From Takakia lepidozioides (taxonomy: Eukaryota > Plantae > Bryophyta), in NCBI GenBank assembly GCA_030704615.1, contig CM060734.1, positions 44,144,001-44,208,000 on the forward strand: DNA of 64,000 nucleotides. Direction: 5' to 3'. Position numbers and translations under genes: made by a program. Within the stretch, counting starts at the first letter, position 1, and every line of letters begins with the position of its first letter. The notes beneath the pieces were generated by a model. It saw only the letters and a program-made list of their open reading frames with translations. It made no database searches and was not told where the DNA came from. Shown piece after piece: positions 11,913-22,682 of this stretch.

Positions 11913-12579
11913 AATTGCATACTCTATCGACTAGCAGCCATAGTGTTTGAATGATAATCAATACAACTTGGTGTCTATATATTTCTGGCACGATATTCAC
12001 AAACTAAAAAGTTCCCTGAGCATTGCTGTCGAAATTTCTACCAATTGTGGGATGATGGCATTTGCATTCTTATTAACCGCGAGAAAGAAATACATTTTTT
12101 GGATTTACTATGTTTTTTTTATGATCTGTCATAGGTATGCCTATAAGAGTTTCTAGAGTGGGTTCATAAGACATAACAGGGATGGAGGATGCCTAATATG
12201 GACTTTGTCAATGCCCATGCAAGTGAATTATGAATCCAAATGTGACAAGAGTAGTTTGTTATTAGTGAGTCAACCAGTCATGTGTTGTGAAGGGCCATTG
12301 CTGGCCCAAGACTGCTTACTATTTGCCACTTGACAAAAAATATTTTGATAAAATTCCCCAAAAATATGATTGGTCGTAGGGCTCAAGGTTCACTTAAGCA
12401 TTTTGATTGGTTCAACTTTGGCAACACTATGCCATTCTTCTTGAGCAAAACAACGAAACAGGAGATGTGTATTTTACATTTTTTTTTATCCCTGCCCGGA
12501 CTGCCTGCCCGAGAACGGCCAATACACCAAATTTTCCCAGAACGTGCCGGGTCTGCCCGGTTCTTGAAGTTGTTGCAGC

Positions 12580-13112
12580 TCTTAAACTGCAGGAGCTCTG
12601 CATTTTCCGCCATCGTTCACCTTGCAACGAACGTTGATAATCCTTGTGAGGCTTAATTAGGCGGCTTCCCAATCACTGACGACGTTTCTTCTTCGATTTG
12701 ACTCTCCTGGTAAGACCAAGCATTTCTGATCCTCCTAGTGGGAAACTTCTTAAGCTCCATAGATCATAAACAGCATTTCAAACATTTTTGTGTATCGACA
12801 GCCCTCTTATCTGCTGCAATGGATGTTTGAGTGCAACAAATTCTTGGCAGTTCTTGAACTGCAGGAGCTCTGCGTTTCCCGCCATCATTCACCTTGCAAG
12901 CTGAGAGCTCTCAGCAAAGACCGTGGCTTTCCCTCATTTTGTCATAGGTAGTACGAACGTTGATAATCCTTGTGAGGCTTAATTAGGCAGCTTCCCAATC
13001 TCTGACGACGGTGCTTCTTTGATCTGACTCTTCTGGTAAGAGTAAGGATTTCTAATCCTCCTAGTGGAAAACTTCTTAAACTCCATAAATCATAAACAAC
13101 ATTTCAAACATT
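12580..13112. repeat. Imperfect tandem duplication (about 12580-12788 / 12850-13112; second copy has an insertion of about 50 bp)
   Basis: Shared CTGCAGGAGCTCTGC...ACGAACGTTGATAATCCTTGTGAGGCTTAATTAGGC...CATTTCAAACATTT. Confidence 0.85.
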
Positions 13113-13332
13113 TAGGTCTGAGTTCAGCAAGCAGTTATGCGAATGTTTGCTTGTAATAGGAAAGAGAATGGGCAGAACCAACACCAAAAGAAATGTGCAA
13201 ATTCTTCTTGTTTCAATATGATTGAGGGATCTTGTGTGTATGTTGTCTCTTTGATTGTCACAAGTAATTCACTAGTCAACGCTGAGATTGTGGTGGTGCA
13301 GTCCGGGCTCACATCTGTTTGTGATGTGGTCA

Positions 13333-13814
13333 GTGGCCACTGCCTGAGACAGGTAGACATCCCTGGTACCCACAAAAAAATCTGTATCAAACATATCATG
13401 TCTGTCATGACACTTTAGAGGTACTAGAAAACAAATGCAGTTGTCTCATATGGCAAGATCAACAAGAAAAAAATAAACAAACAAGTTGTTGGACACAAAT
13501 GTATATCGAACAAGGAAATCACACCAATTAGATGATGACTTGACATATGTGTGTTGGCAAGTAAATCACAGAAGGAATCATTCCAAAAGTATCTGCAGAC
13601 AAGCATTGTACACCATCAACTTGCATCGGCTCTTGGAAGTGGAACAGGTCGATCAACAATAGGTACACAAAAATCCAGCTTATCCTGATACATTAAAATT
13701 TAGCTTTTGATGATTTGAGTCTGGCCATTGCCTGAGACAGGCAGACATCCCTGGTACCCACAAAGAAACTATAACAAACCTGTCATGTCTGTCATGATAC
13801 TTTAGAGGTACTAG

Positions 13815-13865
<51 letters not shown>

Positions 13866-14115
13866 CTTCGGCCTAAACCGGCGTAACTAAGAGCCACTTC
13901 GCCTTACGGCTACTGCCCCCTCTCGGGGGTGGGCCCTATTACTAGAAAACAAATGGAGTTGTCTCATATGGCAAGATGAAGAAGAAAAAAACAAACAAAC
14001 AAGTTGTTGGACAAATGTATATCGAACAAGGAAATCACACCAATCAGATGATGACTTGACATGTGTGTGTTGGCATGTAAATCACATGAGGAATCATTCC
14101 AAAAGTATCTGCAGG
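13333..14115. repeat. Imperfect direct duplication (about 13333-13598 / 13722-14115)
   Basis: Shared GCCTGAGACAGG.AGACATCCCTGGTACCCACAAA...GGAATCATTCCAAAAGTATCTGCAG. Confidence 0.85.
13821..13939 (-). mobile_element. Short retroposed insertion (SINE or LINE 3' end) with (TC)n tail and 12-bp TSD
   Basis: TACTAGAAAACA at 13809-13820 and 13940-13951; the empty site is seen in the paralogous copy near 13422-13433; (GA)n at 13821-13862. Confidence 0.8.
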
Positions 14116-14794
14116 CAACTGGTGTACTAAACACTCTCACAACAGGCACTTGTCTTATGTCCTTTGCCCTATTTCACATACCTTGTGTTTTATTGTAAAA
14201 GTTGCAAAATTATGATATATCTCAGAAAGTTGCAAATAGTGCCTCGGTTACTAGGAGAATATTTGAAACTGAGGTAAGAAGAGTATGGAATTTAAGGTCC
14301 CTGTGTTTGGTTGCCTAGCATCACATGCACATTATAGCAATTCTGACTGGACAGTTGCTGCTTTAATACTCGCACTTAGGACTACATGAGGCAATTAGCA
14401 GGGCCTTCTAGATCCTGGCCCTTCTTTCTTACCAAAGAAGAGAAAAAGATAGACTTTGTAGCACTTTCTCTTGGCCCCATACGAATAGCCTACTAGCATT
14501 AGCCCGTCTCTCACCAAAATCATTTCATAAGCTGGAAAATCTGCATCCAAGAAACGGGACTTTCTAAATGCATATGACGAGCATGACTAGTCCACATAGG
14601 TTGTTTCTTCCATCCACCAACTAGAGCTAAATTCATTTGACACAATCATGACTAGCCAGTAACCGTGCATCTGCAACAGTAAAACTTACCTGGTAGTTGC
14701 CCGAGCCGCATCCTAGCCCAACAGTGCCCAGAATGTAGTTTCCATCAACTGACCCCACCATCTGATCTTGAATTCATCTTGAATTGTACCAAGG

Positions 14795-15285
14795 TTGCAA
14801 TGTGTGTGCAAACCTGGGAGCCCTGGAAAATGGGAAAGAGGTTTGTGGTGACATCGTCAATGCTGGAATTGCATCAGATTCATCCTGAACACTGCCCTGA
14901 TGGACATATGCCAAATGTGGGTGGATCGAGGATGCGAAGGGAGTTTTCAACACTGTGGTTGAAAGAAATGTGGTGTCGTGGAACGCTATGCTTGCAGGGT
15001 ATGCACAGCAGGGGCACGGGATGGAGGCTTTGGAGACCTATGAACAAATGATGGGGGAAGTGGTGAAGCCCTCATGGAGTGCAATGATTGCAGGATATTA
15101 AAGTGGATAAGAGCCTTCTTGACGCCAAATGTGGGAGCGGAAAAGATGCACGTCAGGTTTTCGACAAAATGCCTGAACGAGATGTGGTCTCATGGACTGC
15201 CATGATTACAGGATATGCTAAGCATGGCTATGCTGAAGAGGCTTTCAAGATACAAGCAAATGGAACTGGACGCGATGACACCGAA
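14795..15285 (+). pseudogene. PPR fragments (two pieces)
   Basis: Degenerate L-S-P motifs, then AKCGSGKDARQVFDKMPERDVVSWTAMITGYAKHG. Confidence 0.8.
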
Positions 15286-15291
15286 CAGGGC

Positions 15292-15645
15292 GTCAAGTTA
15301 AATAAGCATAGTGTGAAACTAACTAGAATAAAGCTAGTTATTTGTATTTAACACTTGGATTTAGGTCAAGTGTTAAATCAGGTGTCAAGTTTAGTTTGAC
15401 ACCTGAACCGTCTTATCTTCACAAGAGCGTCAGTCGCGCAGCTCATCTCTCTCGAGTTGAGCCTGCGCGACCGAGCTCCTTCATGCTTTAGAATCTGAGT
15501 GTGCTTATGTAGGGGTATAGGTTGTTGTGGGGTGGAGTCCCCATAGCTTGGGGTGCCCCTGGCTCGACTATTATCTTAAAGAGTGATGTTGATGGATTTC
15601 ATGTTTCCTGTGTGAACAGTGTGTCCTTTCAAGCTTTCTATCACT
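15292..15645 (+). repeat. LTR fragment of the DNMT-Gypsy family
   Basis: Close match to 8699-9055, including the twin inverted repeats. Confidence 0.8.
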
Positions 15646-16572
15646 CGAGAGAGATGACTCTATCTAGTTTTAGCTAGATATGATGTTTTTGTTTTTTTAA
15701 GCATTATTATAATATAGCTTGGTCACGGGGAGCAGAACAGGAAGGCGGAAACCATTCGAAGTGTTGCTGCAGCAGTTCAAAGCCAACAATAATCGGCCCC
15801 GGGGAAGCCCGTTTGTTTGAGGCTGGTGGAAGCATTTGCAGGGGTCGCCTACACATTCTCATTTGGAGTGTGCGCTGCAGGTAATCTTGTTGCGGTGGGG
15901 TCCCTGGTGTCAAACCAGGCTGTTGCGGTGGTAGGAGGGTCAGCGTGGCCGCGGCGGATGGTTTTGCTGTAGAGCTCGCGATTCCCAAGCGCGGTGGAGC
16001 AATATGTTGAAATTCCAGTAGTGCAAGCGTCATGAATGTGTGTTGCAGGTTGATTGGGTGGTTGATGGACTTGCGCCTCCGTGCAAGAATCTGAGAGAGA
16101 CACAGATTACTTGCCATGGCAGCTACATAGGGGAGAAAGTGACCTTGAGGATGAATATAAGAAGGGATATGCTCTGGAAGTCGCTTTCGCTCCTCAATAA
16201 TTTCTAACGCAGAGAGTAGAAACAGCGTGTCATTTTAGTACCCGGCATGAAGACGACCGAGGTCGTGGCTCTGGCCTGACCCCCTACAGTAAGCAGGAAA
16301 TATATCCTACTTACAATCCCGGGAACAAATGGGTAAGAGCTTCGAAGGCTGGCTCAGATCGTTTGAACTTTGGACGGTCTGCAGACATAGTTCTTGTTTT
16401 CGAGCAATGTGGCAGACAGCTGCTGTCATTCCAGCCGAGAAGGTGGATGTGATGTCCATGTAAGCATTAACTATTCACAACCTACAACGTCTTCGTAGTC
16501 CACAGTCGACTATTTGCCGTTCTCTTTCTGCCGCGGTTGCCAAATTGACCCGGCGATTAGGAGGCTGAAGCT

Positions 16573-16668
16573 ATGGCAGGAGTTGAGACAGACCATGACG
16601 CACCAGCCATGGTAGTGTCTGAAGGGAAGACTGTTGCAGTTATCATGGTCGGCGGTCCAACAAAAGGC
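16573..16668 (+). pseudogene. First-exon fragment of a mannose-1-phosphate guanylyltransferase alpha (GMPPA / KONJAC-like) gene
   Basis: MAGVETDHDAPAMVVSEGKTVAVIMVGGPTKG; the VAVIMVGGPTKG motif is characteristic of the plant GMPP-alpha N-terminus, and homology stops there. Confidence 0.75.
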
Positions 16669-17018
16669 GATCCAAAATCTCTTTGGTAGGTGGTGTGGAG
16701 CCATTCAGGCTATGAACGTGCGGCTCGAACTTTACCAGCCGATCAATGACCCGGCATGGGGCAAGATGCCAACACTAGCCGCCTTTACAGCTGCAGTTAG
16801 TTGGCCAAGAGAGTTGCTGGAAGGCAATGTCCATGCCGAGGATGTGCCACCTCCCGCAGAGCAGGATGACATGCATGGTACGGCGGAGTTGCCTGCCATG
16901 GTTGCTCACACTCCATTATGGGATACGAGCAATGATTTGCAGCAGGCTGCTGATGGACGGGTGCAACAAGCTTGGGTAGAAGCTTTCGTACCGTCAGGAG
17001 AGGAGGAGAGTGCGGTGA

Positions 17019-18266
17019 TTGCACCAGGACCACCCCAGTTGTCGCCATTGGACATCACACCTCTTGTGTGGCAGCGCCCGGATGAAGGCATATGCCTTCT
17101 GGTTTGGCGGGATCAGCACGGGATTGGCTGCAGTGCTGCAGGCAGGTGTACGAGTTCGATGTTACCTGTATGTGGAGAGGGACGAGACTGCACGACGCGT
17201 CTCACTGCGCCATGTTGCTCACTTGGTACAGCAGTACTCTGAGCTGTTGCCAGTGTCTGCAATTCGTGGATACCAACAAGCCTTGCCAGCAGACATTTCG
17301 TTGCTGGGGGCGCAGGATTTAGAGCAAGTTAGCTCCATTGATCTGGTAGTGGCAGGTTGGCCCTGCCAAGGGCATTCATCAGCCGGGCATGGCAATGGAT
17401 TGCGAGACTCGATGACGGGTCTGTTTTGGGAGATGGTGCGGGTTTTGCGTCACTTACAGCTTCATCAAGATGTATCTCCAGCATACATCTTGGAGAATGT
17501 GCCACTGATGGGTGATTCTCGGGCCAGGGTGATGGCCAGGGTGCATCAAGTCCGGTCGTGGCTTGGGTCAGCAGTGTTGCTGGATGCAGCTGCAGTGGGG
17601 TCACGGGCTCATCATCCACGGCTATGGTGGACTAACTTGATGCCACCCGCACTGCTCAAGCGTGCATTTGATGGGGTGCAGCGCCCAACACACCTCACAG
17701 TGGACAGCATTTTGGACACAGGGAGGCAGTCTCAACGTGTGAGACACGATGACCGTTCGCCTTCGGCAGTGGTCAACAGGGTGGGTCAACCACGAGCAGC
17801 TTTACCTACACTGCTCAACTTCCCAGGATCCCATGCGTTTCAGGATGGTGGACCTGGCCTCTTGTGGGATAGTCAGTTGCAACAATTAGTGGAGCCCAAT
17901 GCTGACAAGCACGAGCGGGCGATGGGTTTTACCACTGGTACCACGGCGGTGCCATCTCTTTCTAAGGCATCACGTCGTCAGGTGTTGGGGCAAGCAATGG
18001 ATCTCAATTGCTTGACCTGGATTATCAGCTTGGCTATGGCTGAGGAGCGCAGAGTGCGAAGTACACTGCCCTTCATGGTCTCCCTGCCTACCGAGACGGT
18101 ACAGGCAGCGAGTGGGGGCGAGCAGGTGAGGACCACGAGGTGCAGGCCGCATCCATGGCACACGTGGGAGGTGCTCGAGGCTCATAAGGAGTTGGCAGCC
18201 AAGGCGGCGGTGATGGATCAGGTTGGGGATTTTCTCGGGTTGAGGAGGTCCTCAAGGATGGGATGA
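17019..18266 (+). CDS. DNMT3-like C5-cytosine DNA methyltransferase domain of pol (domain about 17088-18040; frameshift just before motif I)
   Basis: Motif I FGGISTG, II YVERD, III ADI, IV AGWPCQGHS (Cys codon 17364-17366), VI YILENV (17493-17501), VIII RAHHPRLWWTNL, IX ERAMGF, X LGQAM, all in one frame. Confidence 0.92.
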   Translation: MHQDHPSCRHWTSHLLCGSARMKAYAFWFGGISTGLAAVLQAGVRVRCYLYVERDETARRVSLRHVAHLVQQYSELLPVSAIRGYQQALPADISLLGAQDLEQVSSIDLVVAGWPCQGHSSAGHGNGLRDSMTGLFWEMVRVLRHLQLHQDVSPAYILENVPLMGDSRARVMARVHQVRSWLGSAVLLDAAAVGSRAHHPRLWWTNLMPPALLKRAFDGVQRPTHLTVDSILDTGRQSQRVRHDDRSPSAVVNRVGQPRAALPTLLNFPGSHAFQDGGPGLLWDSQLQQLVEPNADKHERAMGFTTGTTAVPSLSKASRRQVLGQAMDLNCLTWIISLAMAEERRVRSTLPFMVSLPTETVQAASGGEQVRTTRCRPHPWHTWEVLEAHKELAAKAAVMDQVGDFLGLRRSSRMG

Positions 18267-18457
18267 TGGGGCAGGGTGAGACATTGTCACTGACAGAGGA
18301 GGCAGTGGTCACTGCTCAAGAGGTTGCAGCATAGCAACCACGGGACCCTTCTACCTCTAAGCCTGCTGGACTCAAGGTTGCATTCACGGAGGACAACTGG
18401 GAGCCTAATGTTGGACCTATAGTCACCTGAGGAGAGAGACGACGTATACGGCGGTTC

Positions 18458-20200
18458 TTGAGGGCTTACAGGAACTGCTTTGCCTTCAGTTTGAAGGACT
18501 TAAGAGCACTGAAGGGTCAAGAGATTCGCATTGAATTGGCTACTGACACGCCAATCTTTCGGAGACCCTATAGATACAGTGACATGGAGAGGTCATTGAT
18601 TCAGATGAGAACTCAGGACCTTTGGGAGGCTGGTTTGGTGGAGCTATCTTGGGGAGAGTATGCTTCAGCCACAGTGTTGCCAGCCAAGAAGGATGTCTAT
18701 GGCAATTGGACGGAGAGACGTATGTGCGGTGATTACCGGCTGTAAATCGTCAGACCAAGTCCAATAGGTATGCCATGCCGACACCAGAGGAGATCTTTGA
18801 TGCCATTGGGCATTCCAAGGTCTTTAGCACGTTGGATTTACGATCCGGATATCACTAGTTGCCGATTAAGGAGGCGGATAAGCAAAAGACGGCATTCTGG
18901 GGGATCAATGAGTACGGGAAGGATTGCCTATACCAGTGGCGGTTCTTACCATTTGGGCTTAAAAACGCTCCTGCTGAGTTTCAAAGAGTCATGGACAGGA
19001 TTCTAGCAAGGATGGAGTTTGCTCGGTGCTACATAGATGAAATCATCATCTTGAGTGCTACGGTGGAGGAGCATGAGAGACACCTTTTGGGGGGTATTTG
19101 AGCGCTTGAGGGCGCACGGATTGAAGTTACATCCGGGAAAGTGCAAGTTTTTCCACAACCAGATTGAGTATCTGGGTCACATGATATATCTTGGAGGATT
19201 AGGGGTACAGCAGACTAAGGTAGAGTCCATTGCACAGGTTCCACGCCCCACGGATGTGAGCCGAGTTCGAGCTTTCATGGGGTTAGCAAACTATTATAGA
19301 CGGTTTGTTAAGGGATTCAGTGCCATTGCAAAGGCTCTAACCAAGCTGACCAAGGTGGACCAGGAGTGGCAGTGGGAAGATGAGCAAGAACAAGCTTTTC
19401 AAGAGCTCAAGGCGAGGTTGACCTCAGCGCCCATCTTGAGACGGCTTATTAGGGGGCGTCCTTTTCAGCTGCATACAGATTGGAGCATGCTAGGGCTTGG
19501 AGCGGTGCTCACACAGGTGGATGATGAGGGAAGAGAGTTCGTAGTGGCTTATGCTAGCCGCTCGAACAACGTTGCAGAGTCTAAGTATAGCTCATATGAG
19601 GGAGAATGCTTAGCTGCAGTGTGGGCCGTGGCACACTTCAGGTGCTATCTATACGGCAATCTCTTCACCCTTGTCACGGATCACCAACCACTCAAGTGGT
19701 TGATGGAGTCAGACAAGCTTACGGGGAAGCTTGCACGGTGGGCACTCATCCTTCAAGAATATGACTTTCAGGTGGTGCATCGACCGGGTTTGGTTAATCG
19801 CAATGCAGATGGGTTGAGTCGCAATCCATGCACGAGCAAGCAGGATGACACTGGAGCTCGGTGGCATGGTGAGACGGACGAGGAGATGGTGCCCGGATGG
19901 CATGCATCTGCATTTCTGTGTATCTTGGCAGCGGAAGGCCAGGTTGGACCTGCAACAGGGATGACTGTAGATCAAGTGTCTGAGGACCCTGAGGCCAGCA
20001 ATGAGCAAGGTGGCGCCAAAGATATACATGAGGAATCAGTTGTGTTGGACTACCTCCACATTGGAGACACTGCAGCCACTGTGACTGCCAAGGAGAGGGA
20101 TCGGATCCTACAACAAGCCAAGAGGTTCAAGTGGGAGGGGACACACCTGCTCCGAGTGTTGGAGGATGGTCGAGTGAGGATTGTGCCTCACCCAATATAG
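18458..20200 (+). pseudogene. pol: RT and RNase H, copy B
   Basis: ORFs 18458-18745, 18859-19101 and 19055-20200; the RT motif reads YIDE at 19030-19041; RNase H HTDWS, LGAVL, TDHQPL. Confidence 0.92.
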
Positions 20201-20204
20201 CGGG

Positions 20205-21144
20205 CACGGTTAGTGCGGTATGCCCACGAGGAGTTGGGGCATTTTGGAGTGCGACGCATAGCCTACTGTAGGGGCAGTATTGGTGGCGTGGTATACACAC
20301 AGAGGTGCAACAATTTGTGGCTAGGTGCATGGTGTGTGACAGGATGCGTGCTTCATTCAACGCCCTTACTCCACAATTGCACCCTCTTCCGATCATGGGA
20401 TTGGGCTACAAGTGGAGTCTTGACTTCGCAGGGCCGTTGCCACTGACCATGCGCCACAACAAGTACGTGTTGGTGATGGTGGAGCACTTCTCCAAGTGGA
20501 CTGAATTGGTTCCATTGCCTGATAAGGCTAGTGAGGGAGCTGCGTATGCATTCTTGGATTGTGTGCTTAGCCGATTCGGTGCTCCAGCTGAGGTACTCAC
20601 GGACCAAGGGAGAGAGTTCTTGGGGGAGTTTCAGGCTTTGTGTGACAAGGCCTTGATAGACCACCGCACCACTTCTCGGGATCATCCTGAGGCCGATAGC
20701 TTGGCTGAGAGAGTTGTTCAAACAGTAAAGAGGGGTTTGCGCAAGTATGGCTTGCAGAAGGGACACCTAGGAGATTCGGACCTTCAGTTACCTTGGTTAG
20801 CCATAGGCTACAGGTTCAGCAAGCAAGCATCACTTGCCTCCTTCTCACCATACTTTCTTCTCTTTGGCCAAGAGCCGGATTTGCCTACATCCATTCGCAG
20901 GGAAGTTGCTACAGTTCTTAACCTTGACGATCCGGACGTGTGGGCACGTGCATGTGAGCAGCGTGCAGAGTTGTTCAAGAAAGTCATGCCTATGGCTTTC
21001 GAGAACCTTGCCATTGCACAACACCGTGATACGTTGAGATATGCTACCATACGTGGTGGGGGCTATCGTCCTGGGGTTCGGAGATTCAACCCTGGTGACT
21101 ATGTCTATCTGCAGCAGACTGCTCCCACGACCTTGGATTGTTGA
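20205..21144 (+). pseudogene. Integrase, copy B (C-terminally truncated)
   Basis: HEELGHFG, CMVC, WSLDFAGP, TDQGREF, AERVVQT, SPYFLLFG. Confidence 0.92.
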
Positions 21145-21229
21145 ACACTCCCTCCGCATCCTCAGTTAAAACCCTTTCTTCACAACCATATCTTGGTGAG
21201 CTACTCTTTGAGTGCAGACCCCAACTGCT

Positions 21230-21700
21230 CTACCACTGGTTGGGATAGGCATCCCTATATCTAGCATCCTCCTCCCTTGTTAGATGACATACAGTGGTGT
21301 CTCTAACACGAGCATTCAATAGTTTTCGAGCAAGTCTATCTTTAGAAGTGGGTTTTCTCTGCAACAAGGCTGTCAAGCCCCCCCTAGTCTTCTTCTTCCC
21401 CCCTTGCCCATATCCACTCCCACTAAAGGGATCTTCTAACTGATCATTTAGGGCCTCCTCCAGTCCTTGAGCAGTGCGGGCTATTGCAGCTGACCTCAGC
21501 ACAGCTTCATTGTGCTCTCTGTCTCTCCGAGATTGTGCTCGCCGAGTTGAGCCCCTCTCCTCTCTCTTTCATTTAGCATCGACTTCTTCTCTCTCTCTCT
21601 CTCTCTTATATTTGCAACTGCCTGGGCAACTATGGCTCCGACTACTGCCTCTTTGGAGGATTCATGTTCTATCAGAGACTTGACATCGCTACCCTCTACT
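21230..21700 (-). pseudogene. UVSSA: C-terminal exon fragment of a UVSSA (UV-stimulated scaffold protein A) homolog
   Basis: AQAVANIRER...REHNEAVLRSAAIA...RKPTSKDRLARKLLN...LTREEDARYRDAYPNQW*, matching my recollection of the plant UVSSA C-terminus (..EHN.AVLR.AA.., ..FPNQW); frameshift in a GA run. Confidence 0.7.
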
Positions 21701-21794
21701 CCTCAGTCTGCAGCATGGGTACTTAGAGACATGCAAACACAAATGAAGACAGCGAGCGAGAAAGAAGCAGCAGCGCGCGCCCGTGAGTGACAAG

Positions 21795-22135
21795 TTCGGG
21801 CAGTTCGGGCAGACTCGACAGAATTTGACGACGAAACGTGGCGACGAAACGTGCAACGATGATGTGGCAACGATGACGCGGTGACGAGAATGTGGCACTT
21901 TGGCACCCTATTCCTGCTCTATGCTAAACTAGCTTCCGACCTTCGGTCGTCGCTAGAACTAGGGCTTCGAGTTGCTCCGCACTACTAGCGACAAAATCTG
22001 AGAACTATGTTCAATTTTTCACCAAAAAAAGGGCTGGGTCATCCCCGCGGTGGTACATGCAGATATCCCGTGTTTTGTTTTTTTCTGGAAGGAAAATGGT
22101 GGATCTGCATTTCAACATTCAATTTTCACAAGCGC
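21795..22135. repeat. GACGA/CTAG-hairpin repeat, copy 1 (possible non-autonomous rolling-circle element end)
   Basis: CGGGCAG x2, GACGACGAAACGTGG repeats, hairpin CGACC-TTC-GGTCG, four CTAG; homologous to 29060-29385 and 58850-59030, and partly to 49395-49490. Confidence 0.7.
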
Positions 22136-22682
22136 ATCAATCAATATCAACATACCCAAATACCCTTACATTCACTGTATGAACTTTCAAGCATCCACCA
22201 TGGGATTGGATCTTGGTGGGTTAAGGCTAGCTTTTGACAATATTCATGCAAGTTCATCAAGGGCTCCATCCAAAGCCACACCACGAGAAACAAACAAACA
22301 TGTCCAAATTTAAGATGCTGAACAAACTTGTGCACAGGGCTGCCCCTCTCATCAAGCTCATTAAAATTCGTATTCACTTCCATCTTCAAGCTTTGGAGAA
22401 GCTCCACCACCCAAACCCAGAATTAGGACAGCACTCTGATTTCCATCCACTGTCACCAGAATCAGTCAAAAATCACCCCTTCGGTCAAGTGCAATTATGG
22501 GCTGACTTTCCACCTATGCCGGGTAAACCCCACTATCATTTCCTGTGGATTTATGGCACAGGAAATGCACTCAACAGTACATCATGGTCAATACTTTCGG
22601 GAAATGGTGGATGGTGTGAGTAGCTAAGTCACAGATCAATGAATGAAGCAAGACACTCGCATCTTTCCAAGAAGACATCCTT

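Larger units (their letters stand above)
16758..21138 (+). mobile_element. DNMT-carrying Gypsy element, copy B (internal fragment: linker-DNMT-RT-RH-INT; no gag, protease, PHD or LTR)
   Basis: Colinear with copy A from about 3562 to 8027, with high nucleotide identity across RT-RH-INT. Confidence 0.93.

Noticed and set aside
11915-12260. Possible second Ulp1-like remnant (NDNQYN..GVYIFLARY)
   Set aside because: Needs a frameshift and lacks a clear catalytic Cys; too degenerate to call.
15707-16117. 136-aa minus-strand ORF, and an exon-like piece near 14690-14790
   Set aside because: No recognisable motif; possibly further captured fragments, but unsupported.
17019-18266. Bacterial restriction-modification methylase or contamination
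   Set aside because: Embedded in the same position in two retrotransposon copies, DNMT3-like signatures, no endonuclease partner.
21826-21900. GACGAAACGTGGC-like short repeats, and the CACAGC arrays, as a CRISPR-like array
   Set aside because: Degenerate tandem microrepeats with no unique fixed-length spacers, no cas genes, and a eukaryotic context.
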